NCBI GenBank assembly: GCA_963702425.1
Contig: CAVPCQ010000038.1
Span: 1-64,000 of the forward strand
Length of the DNA stretch: 64,000 nt
Direction of reading: 5' to 3'
Source of the DNA: an uncultured Acidobacteriota bacterium
GTDB lineage: Bacteria > Acidobacteriota > Polarisedimenticolia > J045
In this document: piece by piece, positions 1-8,668 of the stretch
Layout of the letters: every line of letters starts with the position of its first letter
Numbering within the stretch: position 1 is the first letter of the stretch
The notes under the pieces: generated by a model
Database searches by the model: none
What the model saw: the letters and a program-made list of their open reading frames with translations, nothing else
What the model was told of the DNA's origin: nothing
Translations under genes and position numbers: made by a program

Positions 1-9
1 GCCGCCGAC

Positions 10-1017
10 CTACCGGCTTCCGGTTGCCGTCCCCGTTCCGCGTTCGCTGAAAGACGACAGCGCGAAGACTGCGATCGCGGCCCAGATCAGTCCGAAGGCG
101 ACCAGGCGCGCCCCGTCCAGCGGCTCCCGGTAGACGAAGACCGCGAGCAGGAACTGCAGCGACGGCGCGAGGTACTGCAGGAAGCCCAGCGTCGAGAGCG
201 GCAGCCGCCGCGCGGCCCCGGTGAACCACAGCAGCGGGATCGCGGTCAGGGGGCCGGCCAGCGCCAGCAGCAGGTCCATCCGCACGCCGCGCTGCAGGAA
301 GGCGGCGGTCCCGTGCGCCTCGGCCCACGCCAGCCAGACGATCGCGGCCGGGAAGAGCAGCATCGTCTCGATCGTCAGCCCGACCAGCGCGCCGACCGGC
401 ACCAGCTTGCGCAGCAGACCGTAGGTTGCGAACGAGAAGGCCAGCGTCAGCGAGATCCACGGCAGCGCCCCGACGCGCAGCGTCAGCCAGAGAACGCCCG
501 CGCCGGCCAGCGCCACCGCGATTCTCTTCGGCACCGTCAGCCGCTCGTGGAGCAGCGCGACGCCGAGCGCGACGTTGACCAGCGGGTTGATGAAGTAGCC
601 CAGGCTCGACTCGAGGATCCGGTTGTTGGCGACCGAGTAGATGTAAACGAGCCAGTTGATCGCGATCAGCCCCGTCGTGGCGATCAGCGTGAGCAGCGTG
701 CGCCGGGTCGTGAGCGCCCGCAGCAGGTCCTTCCCGTGCCGCTCGCGAAACACCAGCGCGGCCAGCATCGGGAAGGCCCAGGCCACGCGGTGCGCCAGGA
801 CTTCGACCGCGGAGACGCCGGCGAGGGCCTTGAAGTAGACCGGGAAGACGCCCCACGAGCCGTAGGCGAGGAAGCCGTAGAGCAGGCCCAGGCCGTGCTG
901 GCGCCGCAGGTGGTGGTCGAGCAGCGCGTCGGCCTCGGCGTGGGCCGCGGCACCGGCGTCGGCCGGGACCGCCGCGCCGGGATCGGGCCCGGCCTCGCTC
1001 GGATCGCTCGTCGTCAC
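10..1017 (-). CDS. rarD: EamA-family transporter RarD
   Basis: About 10 TM hydrophobic protein with RarD motifs WGVFPVYFKAL, EVLAHRVAW, SLGYFINPLVNV and LGFLQYLAPSLQFLLAV. Confidence 0.9.
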   Translation of the reverse strand: MTTSDPSEAGPDPGAAVPADAGAAAHAEADALLDHHLRRQHGLGLLYGFLAYGSWGVFPVYFKALAGVSAVEVLAHRVAWAFPMLAALVFRERHGKDLLRALTTRRTLLTLIATTGLIAINWLVYIYSVANNRILESSLGYFINPLVNVALGVALLHERLTVPKRIAVALAGAGVLWLTLRVGALPWISLTLAFSFATYGLLRKLVPVGALVGLTIETMLLFPAAIVWLAWAEAHGTAAFLQRGVRMDLLLALAGPLTAIPLLWFTGAARRLPLSTLGFLQYLAPSLQFLLAVFVYREPLDGARLVAFGLIWAAIAVFALSSFSERGTGTATGSR

Positions 1018-1059
1018 GGGCCGCCGATGGTACGCCGATCGCGGACCGGGCGTGCGCCC

Positions 1060-3201
1060 CTACTTCCGCCCCAGCACGACCAGCCCGTACTTGTCGATCA
1101 GCAGCGCGATCTCGTCACCCGGGAGGCCGTCGAGGTTGCCGACATCCGCGGAGAGGATCCGCTCCTCGCCCCCGTCGATCCGCAGCAGCTGCCGGCCGTC
1201 GGCGGCGAAGGCGCGCACGCTGCGGTTGCCGACGAAGACGATGTCCTCCCTGCCGTCGCCGTCGACGTCGTGTCCGAGGATCGGCTTGCGATCCCATGTC
1301 CCGGTGAAGAAGTCGATCGTACCCTCGTCGACGGCCATGCGGCCCGCGAACTCGCGCGAGCGGGGCACGTCCTCGCCGGCCGCTGCGAGCTTTCCCGAGG
1401 CGTCGAGCGGGAGGAGGACGCTCTCCTTCTGCACGAGAAGCGTTCCGCGCGGGTCGCGGCCGATCGCCTCGATCCCGTCGATCCGTTCCGTCTTCCAGGT
1501 CGTGGTCGAGGTCGTGCCGAGGGCGGTGATCTCCTTGCCGGACTGCACGACCATGCCCTGGCGCCCCGCGTCGCCCGCGGGCAGGAAGCGGCCGAACGTG
1601 ATCTCGTCCCGGAACTCGCGGTCCCAGTACGCGGTCCCTTCCGTGTCGACGACGAGGATCGTGTTGTAACCGAGACCGATCCACTCGCGCCGGCCGTCGC
1701 CGTCGAGGTCAGCCGTCTCCAGCCCGCGCCACCACGACCCTTCGAGCGGCTTCGTCCCGCGGGGCTCCCCGGCCGCCGACCAGCGCTCCAGCCCCGCGGC
1801 GCCGAGCACGCCGACCTCGCCGCCCGCGTCGCCCAACGGGGGCGCGACCGCCACCGCCGAGCGCCGGCCGGCCAACGGCAGCTTGAACCGCGGGCCGAAC
1901 CCGGCCGGGGCGGTCTCGATCGTCAGCAGCGTGCGGCCGGGCGCCGGCTTTCCCTCGAGCATCGTCGCCACGAGGGCCGTCAGCTTCTCCTTCGTCTCGG
2001 GGTCGTAGCCGGTCTTGGCGAATGCCACCCGCCCCTCGCGGTCGACCAGGTAGATCGAGGGGAGCGCCGAGTACTGGTACTGCGTCAGCTGCTCGGGGTC
2101 CTCGAGCAGCACGTTGGGCGCTAGGTTCAGTCGCGCCAGCACCGGCTGGATGTTGGGTCGGTTCTCGAAGCTGTCGGTGTTGATCGTCAGCAGCACGACG
2201 TCCTGCGCGTGCGCCTTCTGGAAGCGGTCGAGCAGCGGCATCTCGAGCAGACACCAGTGGCACCACGTCGCCCAGAAGTCGAGGATCACGAACTTTCCGC
2301 GGAAGTCGGAGAGCTCGACCGACTTCCCGTCGAGGGTCTTGAGCGTGAAGTCTTGGGCGGGGAGCGGATCGGCCGTCACGACGGTTCCCGCCGGTCGGGT
2401 GATCGCGAGCCCCTTGTCGAGCTCGGCCTGCCACTTCTTCTGCAGGTCCTCGTCGAAGAAGCCGAGAATCTGGCCGGCCTGCGCGGCGGCCAGGTCCTTC
2501 TTCCCGGTCCTGAGGCAGGCGACGCCCAGCGCGAGGCGCGTGTCGTCGAGCAATCCGCCCGGGAGCGTCGACACGGTCTTCACTCCCCTGGCGCGCAGCA
2601 GAACGTCGTGCGGGATGGCGTCCAGCCTGGCCAGCGCGCGCTCGAGCGGCGGAATCGCCCCCGCCGCGTCGCCGTGGACCAGCCGCAGCGCGCCGTCGAG
2701 GCGCTCCAGGTCCCCCTCGGCGTAGGCGATGGAGAGCTCCTGCCGCTCGCGCTGCCGCTTGTCTTCCACCTCCGCGAGGTCGGCACGCCGCTTGTCGAGC
2801 TGCCCGCGGGCCTGAGCCAGCAGGCGCTGAGCGCTGTCCTGCGGCAGCGCGTACTTGAGGTAGTAGCGCTCGACGAACCCCGCCGCCCCGGGGTAGCCGT
2901 CGGGATCCGCGGCGGCGATCTCCTCGAACAACCGGCCGACGCGCGCCGGGTCGAAGGTCCCCGTCTCGAGGTACGCCTCGGCCAGCGCCTCGCGTACCGG
3001 CTTCAGTTCCTCGAAGGCCGGGTGCGCGGCGAGAAACGCCTCGCACGCCTGGATCCGGCCCGGCAGGTCTTCGACCTGCGTGGCCGCGCGTCCTTCCTCC
3101 TTGACGGTGCGGAAGGTATCGAGCGGCCCGGCGGCGAGAGCGACGGACAGCGAGACGACGAGAACCAGACACGGGGCGAGCGACGACCGGATGCGACCCA
3201 C
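1060..3201 (-). CDS. Secreted TlpA/redoxin-domain protein with N-terminal helical (TPR-like) region and C-terminal FG-GAP-like repeats
   Basis: Signal peptide; DFTLKTLDG..LSDFRGKFVILDFWATWCHWC thioredoxin motif; ADLDGDGRRE, DVDGDGREDI and GNLDGLPGDEI repeats; GTG start inferred from upstream AAGGGG. Confidence 0.75.
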   Translation of the reverse strand: MGRIRSSLAPCLVLVVSLSVALAAGPLDTFRTVKEEGRAATQVEDLPGRIQACEAFLAAHPAFEELKPVREALAEAYLETGTFDPARVGRLFEEIAAADPDGYPGAAGFVERYYLKYALPQDSAQRLLAQARGQLDKRRADLAEVEDKRQRERQELSIAYAEGDLERLDGALRLVHGDAAGAIPPLERALARLDAIPHDVLLRARGVKTVSTLPGGLLDDTRLALGVACLRTGKKDLAAAQAGQILGFFDEDLQKKWQAELDKGLAITRPAGTVVTADPLPAQDFTLKTLDGKSVELSDFRGKFVILDFWATWCHWCLLEMPLLDRFQKAHAQDVVLLTINTDSFENRPNIQPVLARLNLAPNVLLEDPEQLTQYQYSALPSIYLVDREGRVAFAKTGYDPETKEKLTALVATMLEGKPAPGRTLLTIETAPAGFGPRFKLPLAGRRSAVAVAPPLGDAGGEVGVLGAAGLERWSAAGEPRGTKPLEGSWWRGLETADLDGDGRREWIGLGYNTILVVDTEGTAYWDREFRDEITFGRFLPAGDAGRQGMVVQSGKEITALGTTSTTTWKTERIDGIEAIGRDPRGTLLVQKESVLLPLDASGKLAAAGEDVPRSREFAGRMAVDEGTIDFFTGTWDRKPILGHDVDGDGREDIVFVGNRSVRAFAADGRQLLRIDGGEERILSADVGNLDGLPGDEIALLIDKYGLVVLGRK

Positions 3202-3311
3202 GTGACCCCCCTTCTGCTGCAACGCGAGCGCCCGCCATCATAGACGGTTGCGCGGGGGAGGGGGCTGACTCGCCGTGCCGGCGCGGTCAGGGGCGCAGCC
3301 TCGCGCCGCGC

Positions 3312-3746
3312 CTACGCCAGCGGGTCGACGACCTCCAGGAACGCGAACCGGTGGAAGTCCGTGTCCCGCGTGCAGAGCGCGCGCACGCCGTGCTCCTTCA
3401 GGAGGGCCGCGGTGTGCAGGTCGTGCGCGATGTTCCCCCGCAGCGCCGGGATCGAGCGCACGATCTCCCGCGCGATCTCCGCGTGACGCGATGTCTCCTG
3501 CAGGACGGCGACGGTGGGGGAGGCGAGGAGCGCGTCGACGAAACGCCAGGCCTCGGCCATCGTCCAGGGCGTGCGGAACACCCGCGGGTGGGTCACGACG
3601 CGCAGGAACTCGTAGATCACGGCCCAGGTCAGGTACCAGGGCATCGACCCGCTCCGGCAGGCCTCGAGCCGCGCCCGGCAGAGCGCGTGCTCCGGGGCTG
3701 ACGAGTCGGCGGCGTAGACCAGCACGTTGGTGTCGATCGCGAGCAC
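3312..3746 (-). CDS. vapC: VapC-family PIN-domain ribonuclease toxin
   Basis: IDTNVLVYA, EFLRVVTHPR, HDLHTAAL and TRDTDFHRF PIN motifs. Confidence 0.9.
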   Translation of the reverse strand: MLAIDTNVLVYAADSSAPEHALCRARLEACRSGSMPWYLTWAVIYEFLRVVTHPRVFRTPWTMAEAWRFVDALLASPTVAVLQETSRHAEIAREIVRSIPALRGNIAHDLHTAALLKEHGVRALCTRDTDFHRFAFLEVVDPLA

Positions 3747-3976
3747 TACCGTCCCTCCATCGCCCGGTAGAGCGCGTCCCGGTCGGCGATGTCGACGAAC
3801 GCCCCGCCGCCGTCGAAGGAAGGGAGCGGCGCCGGCGGCGGCGCGCCGCGGGGCCGGCTTTCGAGGAACAGCCGCAGGGCGGCCTCGACCAGCGCGGAGA
3901 TGGTCGTTCCCCTCCGGGCCGATTCCTGGCGAAGCCGCTTCATCACACCGTCGTCGATCACGAGCGTGGTCTTCAT
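3746..3976 (-). CDS. vapB: VapB-type ribbon-helix-helix antitoxin
   Basis: MKTTLVIDD...ISALVEAALR and C-terminal VDIADRDALY; overlaps the toxin start by 1 nt. Confidence 0.85.
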   Translation of the reverse strand: MKTTLVIDDGVMKRLRQESARRGTTISALVEAALRLFLESRPRGAPPPAPLPSFDGGGAFVDIADRDALYRAMEGR

Positions 3977-4141
3977 ATGGGAAACCATACGGTCAAGATT
4001 CCTTTACGGCAAGCAGCCGACAGGTCCACAGTCTACCCACCGCGGACCGCGCCGGGGCCGTGTCGCGCGCCGAGCCGTCCCGGGGCGGCAATCGCGCTCC
4101 GTTGCCGGCTGGCCTCTTGCGCACGCCCCGGCGGGGGTCGT

Positions 4142-4171
4142 TTGACACCCCTCCGCACCCCCCGATACCCT
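4142..4171 (+). promoter_or_regulatory. Putative sigma70 promoter of nuoB (leaderless)
   Basis: TTGACA 4142-4147, 18-nt spacer, TACCCT 4166-4171; ATG 7 nt downstream; no SD. Confidence 0.6.
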
Positions 4172-4178
4172 TCCCGCC

Positions 4179-4865
4179 ATGAAGAAGCTCTGGATCGTGC
4201 CGGGCGACACCAAGCCCTGGGTCAACCCGTACACGGAGCAGGCGCTCGGGGAGAGCGCGATCACGACGCGCTTGTCCGCGATCGTCGACTGGGGCCGCAA
4301 GAACTCGCTCTGGCCCTTCCCGATGGGGCTGGCCTGCTGCGCGATCGAGATGATGGGCGCCGTGGCGTCGCGCTTCGACCTCGCGCGCTTCGGCGCCGAG
4401 GCGCTGCGCTTCTCCCCGCGCCAGGCCGACATGATGCTCGTCGCCGGCACGGTCAGTAAGAAGATGGCCCCGGCGCTGCAGAAGCTCTACGCGCAGATGC
4501 CGGAGCCGAAATGGGTGATCGCGATCGGCGCCTGCGCGTCATCGGGCGGGATGATGAACTCCTACTCGACCGTGCAGGGGGTGGACGAGGTCGTGCCGGT
4601 CGACTTCTACGTCTCCGGCTGCCCGCCGCGCCCCGAGGCGATCATCGACGCGCTGATCATGCTGCAGGCCAAGATCATGCGCGGCGAGCCCTCGGCCCTC
4701 GAGCGCTGGAAGCAGACCCAGGCCGCGGGCGGCGCGAAGCCGGTCGAGCTCGGCCCACCCGGCGAGACCGCGCAGAACCCGACGACGTACGCCTCGGCGG
4801 TCTACCCGCGGCCCGCGCTCCCCGCCGATCCCGGGCTCTCCGCCGAGAAGTTCGGTCGCGCCTGA
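4179..4865 (+). CDS. nuoB: NADH-quinone oxidoreductase subunit B
   Basis: [44 protein letters not shown] and GCPPRPE (N2 cluster ligands). Confidence 0.95.
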   Translation: MKKLWIVPGDTKPWVNPYTEQALGESAITTRLSAIVDWGRKNSLWPFPMGLACCAIEMMGAVASRFDLARFGAEALRFSPRQADMMLVAGTVSKKMAPALQKLYAQMPEPKWVIAIGACASSGGMMNSYSTVQGVDEVVPVDFYVSGCPPRPEAIIDALIMLQAKIMRGEPSALERWKQTQAAGGAKPVELGPPGETAQNPTTYASAVYPRPALPADPGLSAEKFGRA

Positions 4866-4872
4866 GCCCCGG

Positions 4873-6036
4873 TTGAACGACCCCGTCACCCCGGTCGAGC
4901 GCGAAGTGCGCCGCCGGCTCGCGGCGGGCGCGCCCCTGACCTTCCGCGACTTCATGGAGCTGGCGCTCTATCTCCCCGGGGCCGGCTACTACGCCCGCCC
5001 CGCCGCCACGACCGGCCGCGCCGGCGACTTCTCGACCTCGCCCGACATCTCGCCGGACTTCGGCCGGCGGCTGGCGGTCCAGGCGGCGGAGGTCTGGGAG
5101 CGGCTGGGCGGCGGGCCGTGGCAACTGGTCGAGCTGGGACCCGGCCGGGGACTGCTCGCCGGAGACCTGCTCGACGGCCTCGAGCGGCACGCCCCGGCGG
5201 CGCGCGCCGCGCTGACGGAGCTGGTGCTGGTCGAGCCCAGCGAGACGCTGCGCGCGGCCCAGTCGGAGCGGCTGCGCGCGGCGCACCCCGGGCTTTCCCT
5301 GCGCTGGGCCGCCTCGCCCGCCGAGCTGGCGCCCGGATCGATCACGGGGGTCGTGGTCGGCAACGAGGTCCTGGACGCCCTGCCCACGCACTGGCTCGCC
5401 CGGCGCGAGCACGGGCTGGTCGAGCGCTGCGTCGCGGTCGGCGCGGACGGCGCGCTGGCGCTGGCCGACGGGCCGCTCTCGGACCCCCGGCTGGCCGGGC
5501 GCGTGGCGCGCTACGGCCTGCTCGCGCGCGTCGGGGACGACGCCGAGATCTGCCTCGCGCTCGAGGAACTCATCTCCGCGACCGCCCGCGCCCTGGCGCG
5601 CGGCGCGGTCCTGTTCATCGACTACGGCCACCCCGCGGCCCGGCTGGCGGACGAGGACCACGCCGACGGCACCCTGCTCGCATACCACGGGCACCAGGTC
5701 GTCTTCGATCTGCTCGCCCGCCCCGGTGAGCAGGACATCACCGCCCACGTCAACTGGGACCACTGCGTGGACGCCGCGATCGAGGCCGGGCTGACCCCCT
5801 GCGGCCGGACCCGGCAGGAGCGGTTCCTGTTGGCGCTCGGGCTGCTCGAGGACCTCTTGCTCGATCCCGAGCCGGGGGCGATGGCGCCCGCGGAGCAGGC
5901 CCGCCGCCTGGCCGCCCGCGCGCTGATCATGCCCGGGCTGGGGGGCGGCACCCGATTCGAGGTCGTCGGCTTCGTCCGGGGGCTTCCGGCCGACCTGCGC
6001 GGCTTCGGCGACCCCTTGGCCGGGATGCCGGTTTAG
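4873..6036 (+). CDS. SAM-dependent methyltransferase, MidA/NDUFAF7 family
   Basis: FMELALY..GYY, GDFSTSPDIS, VELGPGRG, GNEVLDALP, IDYG and GEQDITAHVNW. Confidence 0.9.
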   Translation: MNDPVTPVEREVRRRLAAGAPLTFRDFMELALYLPGAGYYARPAATTGRAGDFSTSPDISPDFGRRLAVQAAEVWERLGGGPWQLVELGPGRGLLAGDLLDGLERHAPAARAALTELVLVEPSETLRAAQSERLRAAHPGLSLRWAASPAELAPGSITGVVVGNEVLDALPTHWLARREHGLVERCVAVGADGALALADGPLSDPRLAGRVARYGLLARVGDDAEICLALEELISATARALARGAVLFIDYGHPAARLADEDHADGTLLAYHGHQVVFDLLARPGEQDITAHVNWDHCVDAAIEAGLTPCGRTRQERFLLALGLLEDLLLDPEPGAMAPAEQARRLAARALIMPGLGGGTRFEVVGFVRGLPADLRGFGDPLAGMPV

Positions 6037-6097
6037 CGGAAGAATGGCGCTCTTTTGGGCCGACCACGCCCGGCCCTCCGCCCGAGGACTCCCGACG

Positions 6098-7843
6098 ATG
6101 AGCACCGACGCCACGACCGCCTCCCCCGTCCACGGCCTGTTCCTCGGGGAACTCGCCGACGAGCTGGTCTACCCCTACCCGGAGCAGGAGGCCGACCAGC
6201 GCGAGACGACCGACCAGGCGGTCGAGGCCTTCCGCGATTGGGCGCGCGACAACGTCGATGCGCGGGCGATCGACGCCGCCCAGGAGATCCCCGAGGCGGT
6301 GCGCGACGGGATGGCCGAGCTGGGGATCATGGGGATGACGGTCCCCGAGGAGTACGGCGGCTACGGCTTCGGGATGACCGGCTACTGCCGGATGGTCGAG
6401 GAGCTGACCCGCAACGACGCCTCGCTCTCGGTCTACGTCGGCGCGCACCTGTCGATCGGCGCGCGGCCGATCATCCTCTACGGCTCACCCGCGCAGCAAG
6501 CGAAGATCCTGCCCGGGGTCGCCAGCGGCGAGACGCTCTGCGCTTTCGCGCTGACCGAGCCGGGAGCGGGCTCCGACGCCGGCTCGATGCGCACGCGCGC
6601 GGAGTGGGACGCCGCGAAAGGCGTCTACCGGATCAACGGCAACAAGATCTGGATCACCAACGGCGGCTACGCGAAGCTGTTCACGGTCTTTGCGCGCGGC
6701 TCGGGCGGACCGGCGGGAGAAGGGGAGGGGTTCTCCGCCTTCATGGTGCGGCGCGGCACGCCCGGCTTCACCAACGGCCCGTCGGAGCACAAGCTCGGGA
6801 TCCGCGGCACCTCGACCACGGAGCTGGCCTTCGTCGACGTCGAGGTCCCGCCGGAGGATCGCGTCGGACCGTGGGGCGAGGGGTTCAAGATCGCGCTCCA
6901 GTCGCTCGAGACCGGACGGCTGTCGCTCGGCGCCGGCTGCACCGGCGGGGCCAAGGAGATGGTGCGCCTGGCGGTCGAGCACGCGCGCGAGCGGCGGCAG
7001 TTCCGCCACCCGATCATCGAGTTCGGGATGATCCGCGAGAAGCTGGGCCGGATGGCGGCGTCGGCCTTCGGCGCGGAGTCGGCGGTCTATCTCGCATCGG
7101 GGCTCTACGACGCGAAGCGGGCCGACGTCGGCGTCGAGGCCGGCTACTGCAAGGTGCTGGGCTCCGAGACGCTCTGGCAGGCGGTCAACGACACGATCCA
7201 GGTCACGGGCGGGATCGGCTACATGACCGAGTACCCCTACGAACGGCACCTGCGCGACAGCCGGATCAACCTGATCTTCGAGGGGACGAACGAGATCCTG
7301 CGGCTGTCGGCCACGCTGGAAGCGCTCAAGGAGCCGGGCCGCCGCGTGACCGAGGCGATCAAGGCGGAGAAGGCCGAGATCGGCGCGGCGGGCCTGGTGG
7401 CGGCGATGGCGGTCGAGGGGATGCCGTCGGGCCGCACCGCCGGGGGAGCGCGCAGCCTGCGCTGGGTCACGCCCGCGCTCGCGCGCGACGCCGAGCAGTT
7501 CGCCGCGGCGCTGGCGCTGTTCGGCGAGACCGTGCGCGCGACGCTGAGAAAGCACCGCCGCGCGATCCTCGGCGCGCAGTACACGATCCGGCGGCTCGCC
7601 GACGCCGCGATCCAGCTCTACGCGGCGGCGGCGGCCCTCTCCCGCGCCAGCACGCTGGCGCGCGACAAGGGCGAGGACGGCGCGCGGCGCGAGATCCTGC
7701 TCGCCCGACGCTTCGTCGACGAGGCGACCCGCCGCGTGCGCCACGAGCTGGACGTCGTGGACGGCACGCGCGACGCGCTGGACGACGAGATCGCGGGGCT
7801 GTTGGCGATCGAGGGGCGCTACCCCTCGCCGCTCTTCACCTAG
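6098..7843 (+). CDS. Acyl-CoA dehydrogenase, long form (VLCAD/ACAD9-like C-terminal extension)
   Basis: FALTEPGAGSDA, NGNKIWITNG, RRQF and RINLIFEGTNEILR, followed by a ~170-aa C-terminal extension. Confidence 0.9.
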   Translation: MSTDATTASPVHGLFLGELADELVYPYPEQEADQRETTDQAVEAFRDWARDNVDARAIDAAQEIPEAVRDGMAELGIMGMTVPEEYGGYGFGMTGYCRMVEELTRNDASLSVYVGAHLSIGARPIILYGSPAQQAKILPGVASGETLCAFALTEPGAGSDAGSMRTRAEWDAAKGVYRINGNKIWITNGGYAKLFTVFARGSGGPAGEGEGFSAFMVRRGTPGFTNGPSEHKLGIRGTSTTELAFVDVEVPPEDRVGPWGEGFKIALQSLETGRLSLGAGCTGGAKEMVRLAVEHARERRQFRHPIIEFGMIREKLGRMAASAFGAESAVYLASGLYDAKRADVGVEAGYCKVLGSETLWQAVNDTIQVTGGIGYMTEYPYERHLRDSRINLIFEGTNEILRLSATLEALKEPGRRVTEAIKAEKAEIGAAGLVAAMAVEGMPSGRTAGGARSLRWVTPALARDAEQFAAALALFGETVRATLRKHRRAILGAQYTIRRLADAAIQLYAAAAALSRASTLARDKGEDGARREILLARRFVDEATRRVRHELDVVDGTRDALDDEIAGLLAIEGRYPSPLFT

Positions 7844-7851
7844 GAGGCCGG

Positions 7852-8637
7852 ATGGCGCTTCTCGACGGAAAGTACGGGCTGCTCCTCGGGATCGCGAACG
7901 AGCGCTCCTACGCCTGGCACATCGCGCAGGCGCTCGAGGAAGCCGGCGCGGAGCTGGCGTTCAACGCCCTGCCCGGCGAGAAGAACGAGGCCCGCACGCG
8001 CTTCGCCGTCGACGCGCTGAACATCCCCGACCCCTGGATCCGTCCCTGCGACGTGGCCCGGGACGAAGACATCGACCGGCTCTTCGAGGCCTACGCAAAG
8101 GATTTTCCGCGGCTCGACTTCGTCGTCCACTCGGTCGCCTTCGCCGACCGCGAGTACCTGCAGCCCGGCAAGTTCATCGAGACCCCGCGGGCCTCGTTCC
8201 TGATGGCGCTGGACATCTCGGTCTACTCGCTGATCGCCGTCGCGCGGCGCGCGCGGCCGCTCCTGGCCGCGGCCGGCGGCGGCTCGATCACGACGATGAG
8301 CCACTACGGCGGCGACAAGGTCTTCCCGGGCTACAACGCGATGGGCGCCTGCAAGGCGGCGCTCGAGGCCAGCGTCCGCTACCTGGCCGAGGAGCTGGGC
8401 GCGGAGAAGATCCGCGTCAACGCGATCTCCGGCGGGGCGTTCAAGACCCTCGCGGCGTCGGGGATCGGCGGGCTCAAGTCGATGCTCGCCGAGTCCGAGC
8501 GCCGTTCCCCGCTGCGGCGCGGTGTCGAGGGGGTCGACGTCGGCGGGACGGCGGTCTACCTGGCCTCGGAGCTCTCCTCCGGAGTCACCGGCGAGACGAT
8601 CTTCGTCGACTGCGGGATGAACATCCTCGGCGCCTGA
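7852..8637 (+). CDS. fabI: Enoyl-ACP reductase FabI
   Basis: GIANERS, VHSVAFA, DISVYSL, YNAMGACKAALEASVRYLA and TGETIFVDCG; AGGAGG SD. Confidence 0.93.
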   Translation: MALLDGKYGLLLGIANERSYAWHIAQALEEAGAELAFNALPGEKNEARTRFAVDALNIPDPWIRPCDVARDEDIDRLFEAYAKDFPRLDFVVHSVAFADREYLQPGKFIETPRASFLMALDISVYSLIAVARRARPLLAAAGGGSITTMSHYGGDKVFPGYNAMGACKAALEASVRYLAEELGAEKIRVNAISGGAFKTLAASGIGGLKSMLAESERRSPLRRGVEGVDVGGTAVYLASELSSGVTGETIFVDCGMNILGA

Positions 8638-8668
8638 ACCTCGGGCGCAGTCGGGGGACGGCGGCAGG

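Noticed and set aside
4040..4135. Structured RNA or riboswitch upstream of nuoB
   Set aside because: GC-rich hairpins are expected by chance, the region lies upstream of the predicted promoter, and I recognise no riboswitch motif
6055..8637. 860-aa FabI fusion
   Set aside because: The N-terminal part is an alternate frame of the ACAD gene; fabI has its own AGGAGG SD and ATG at 7852
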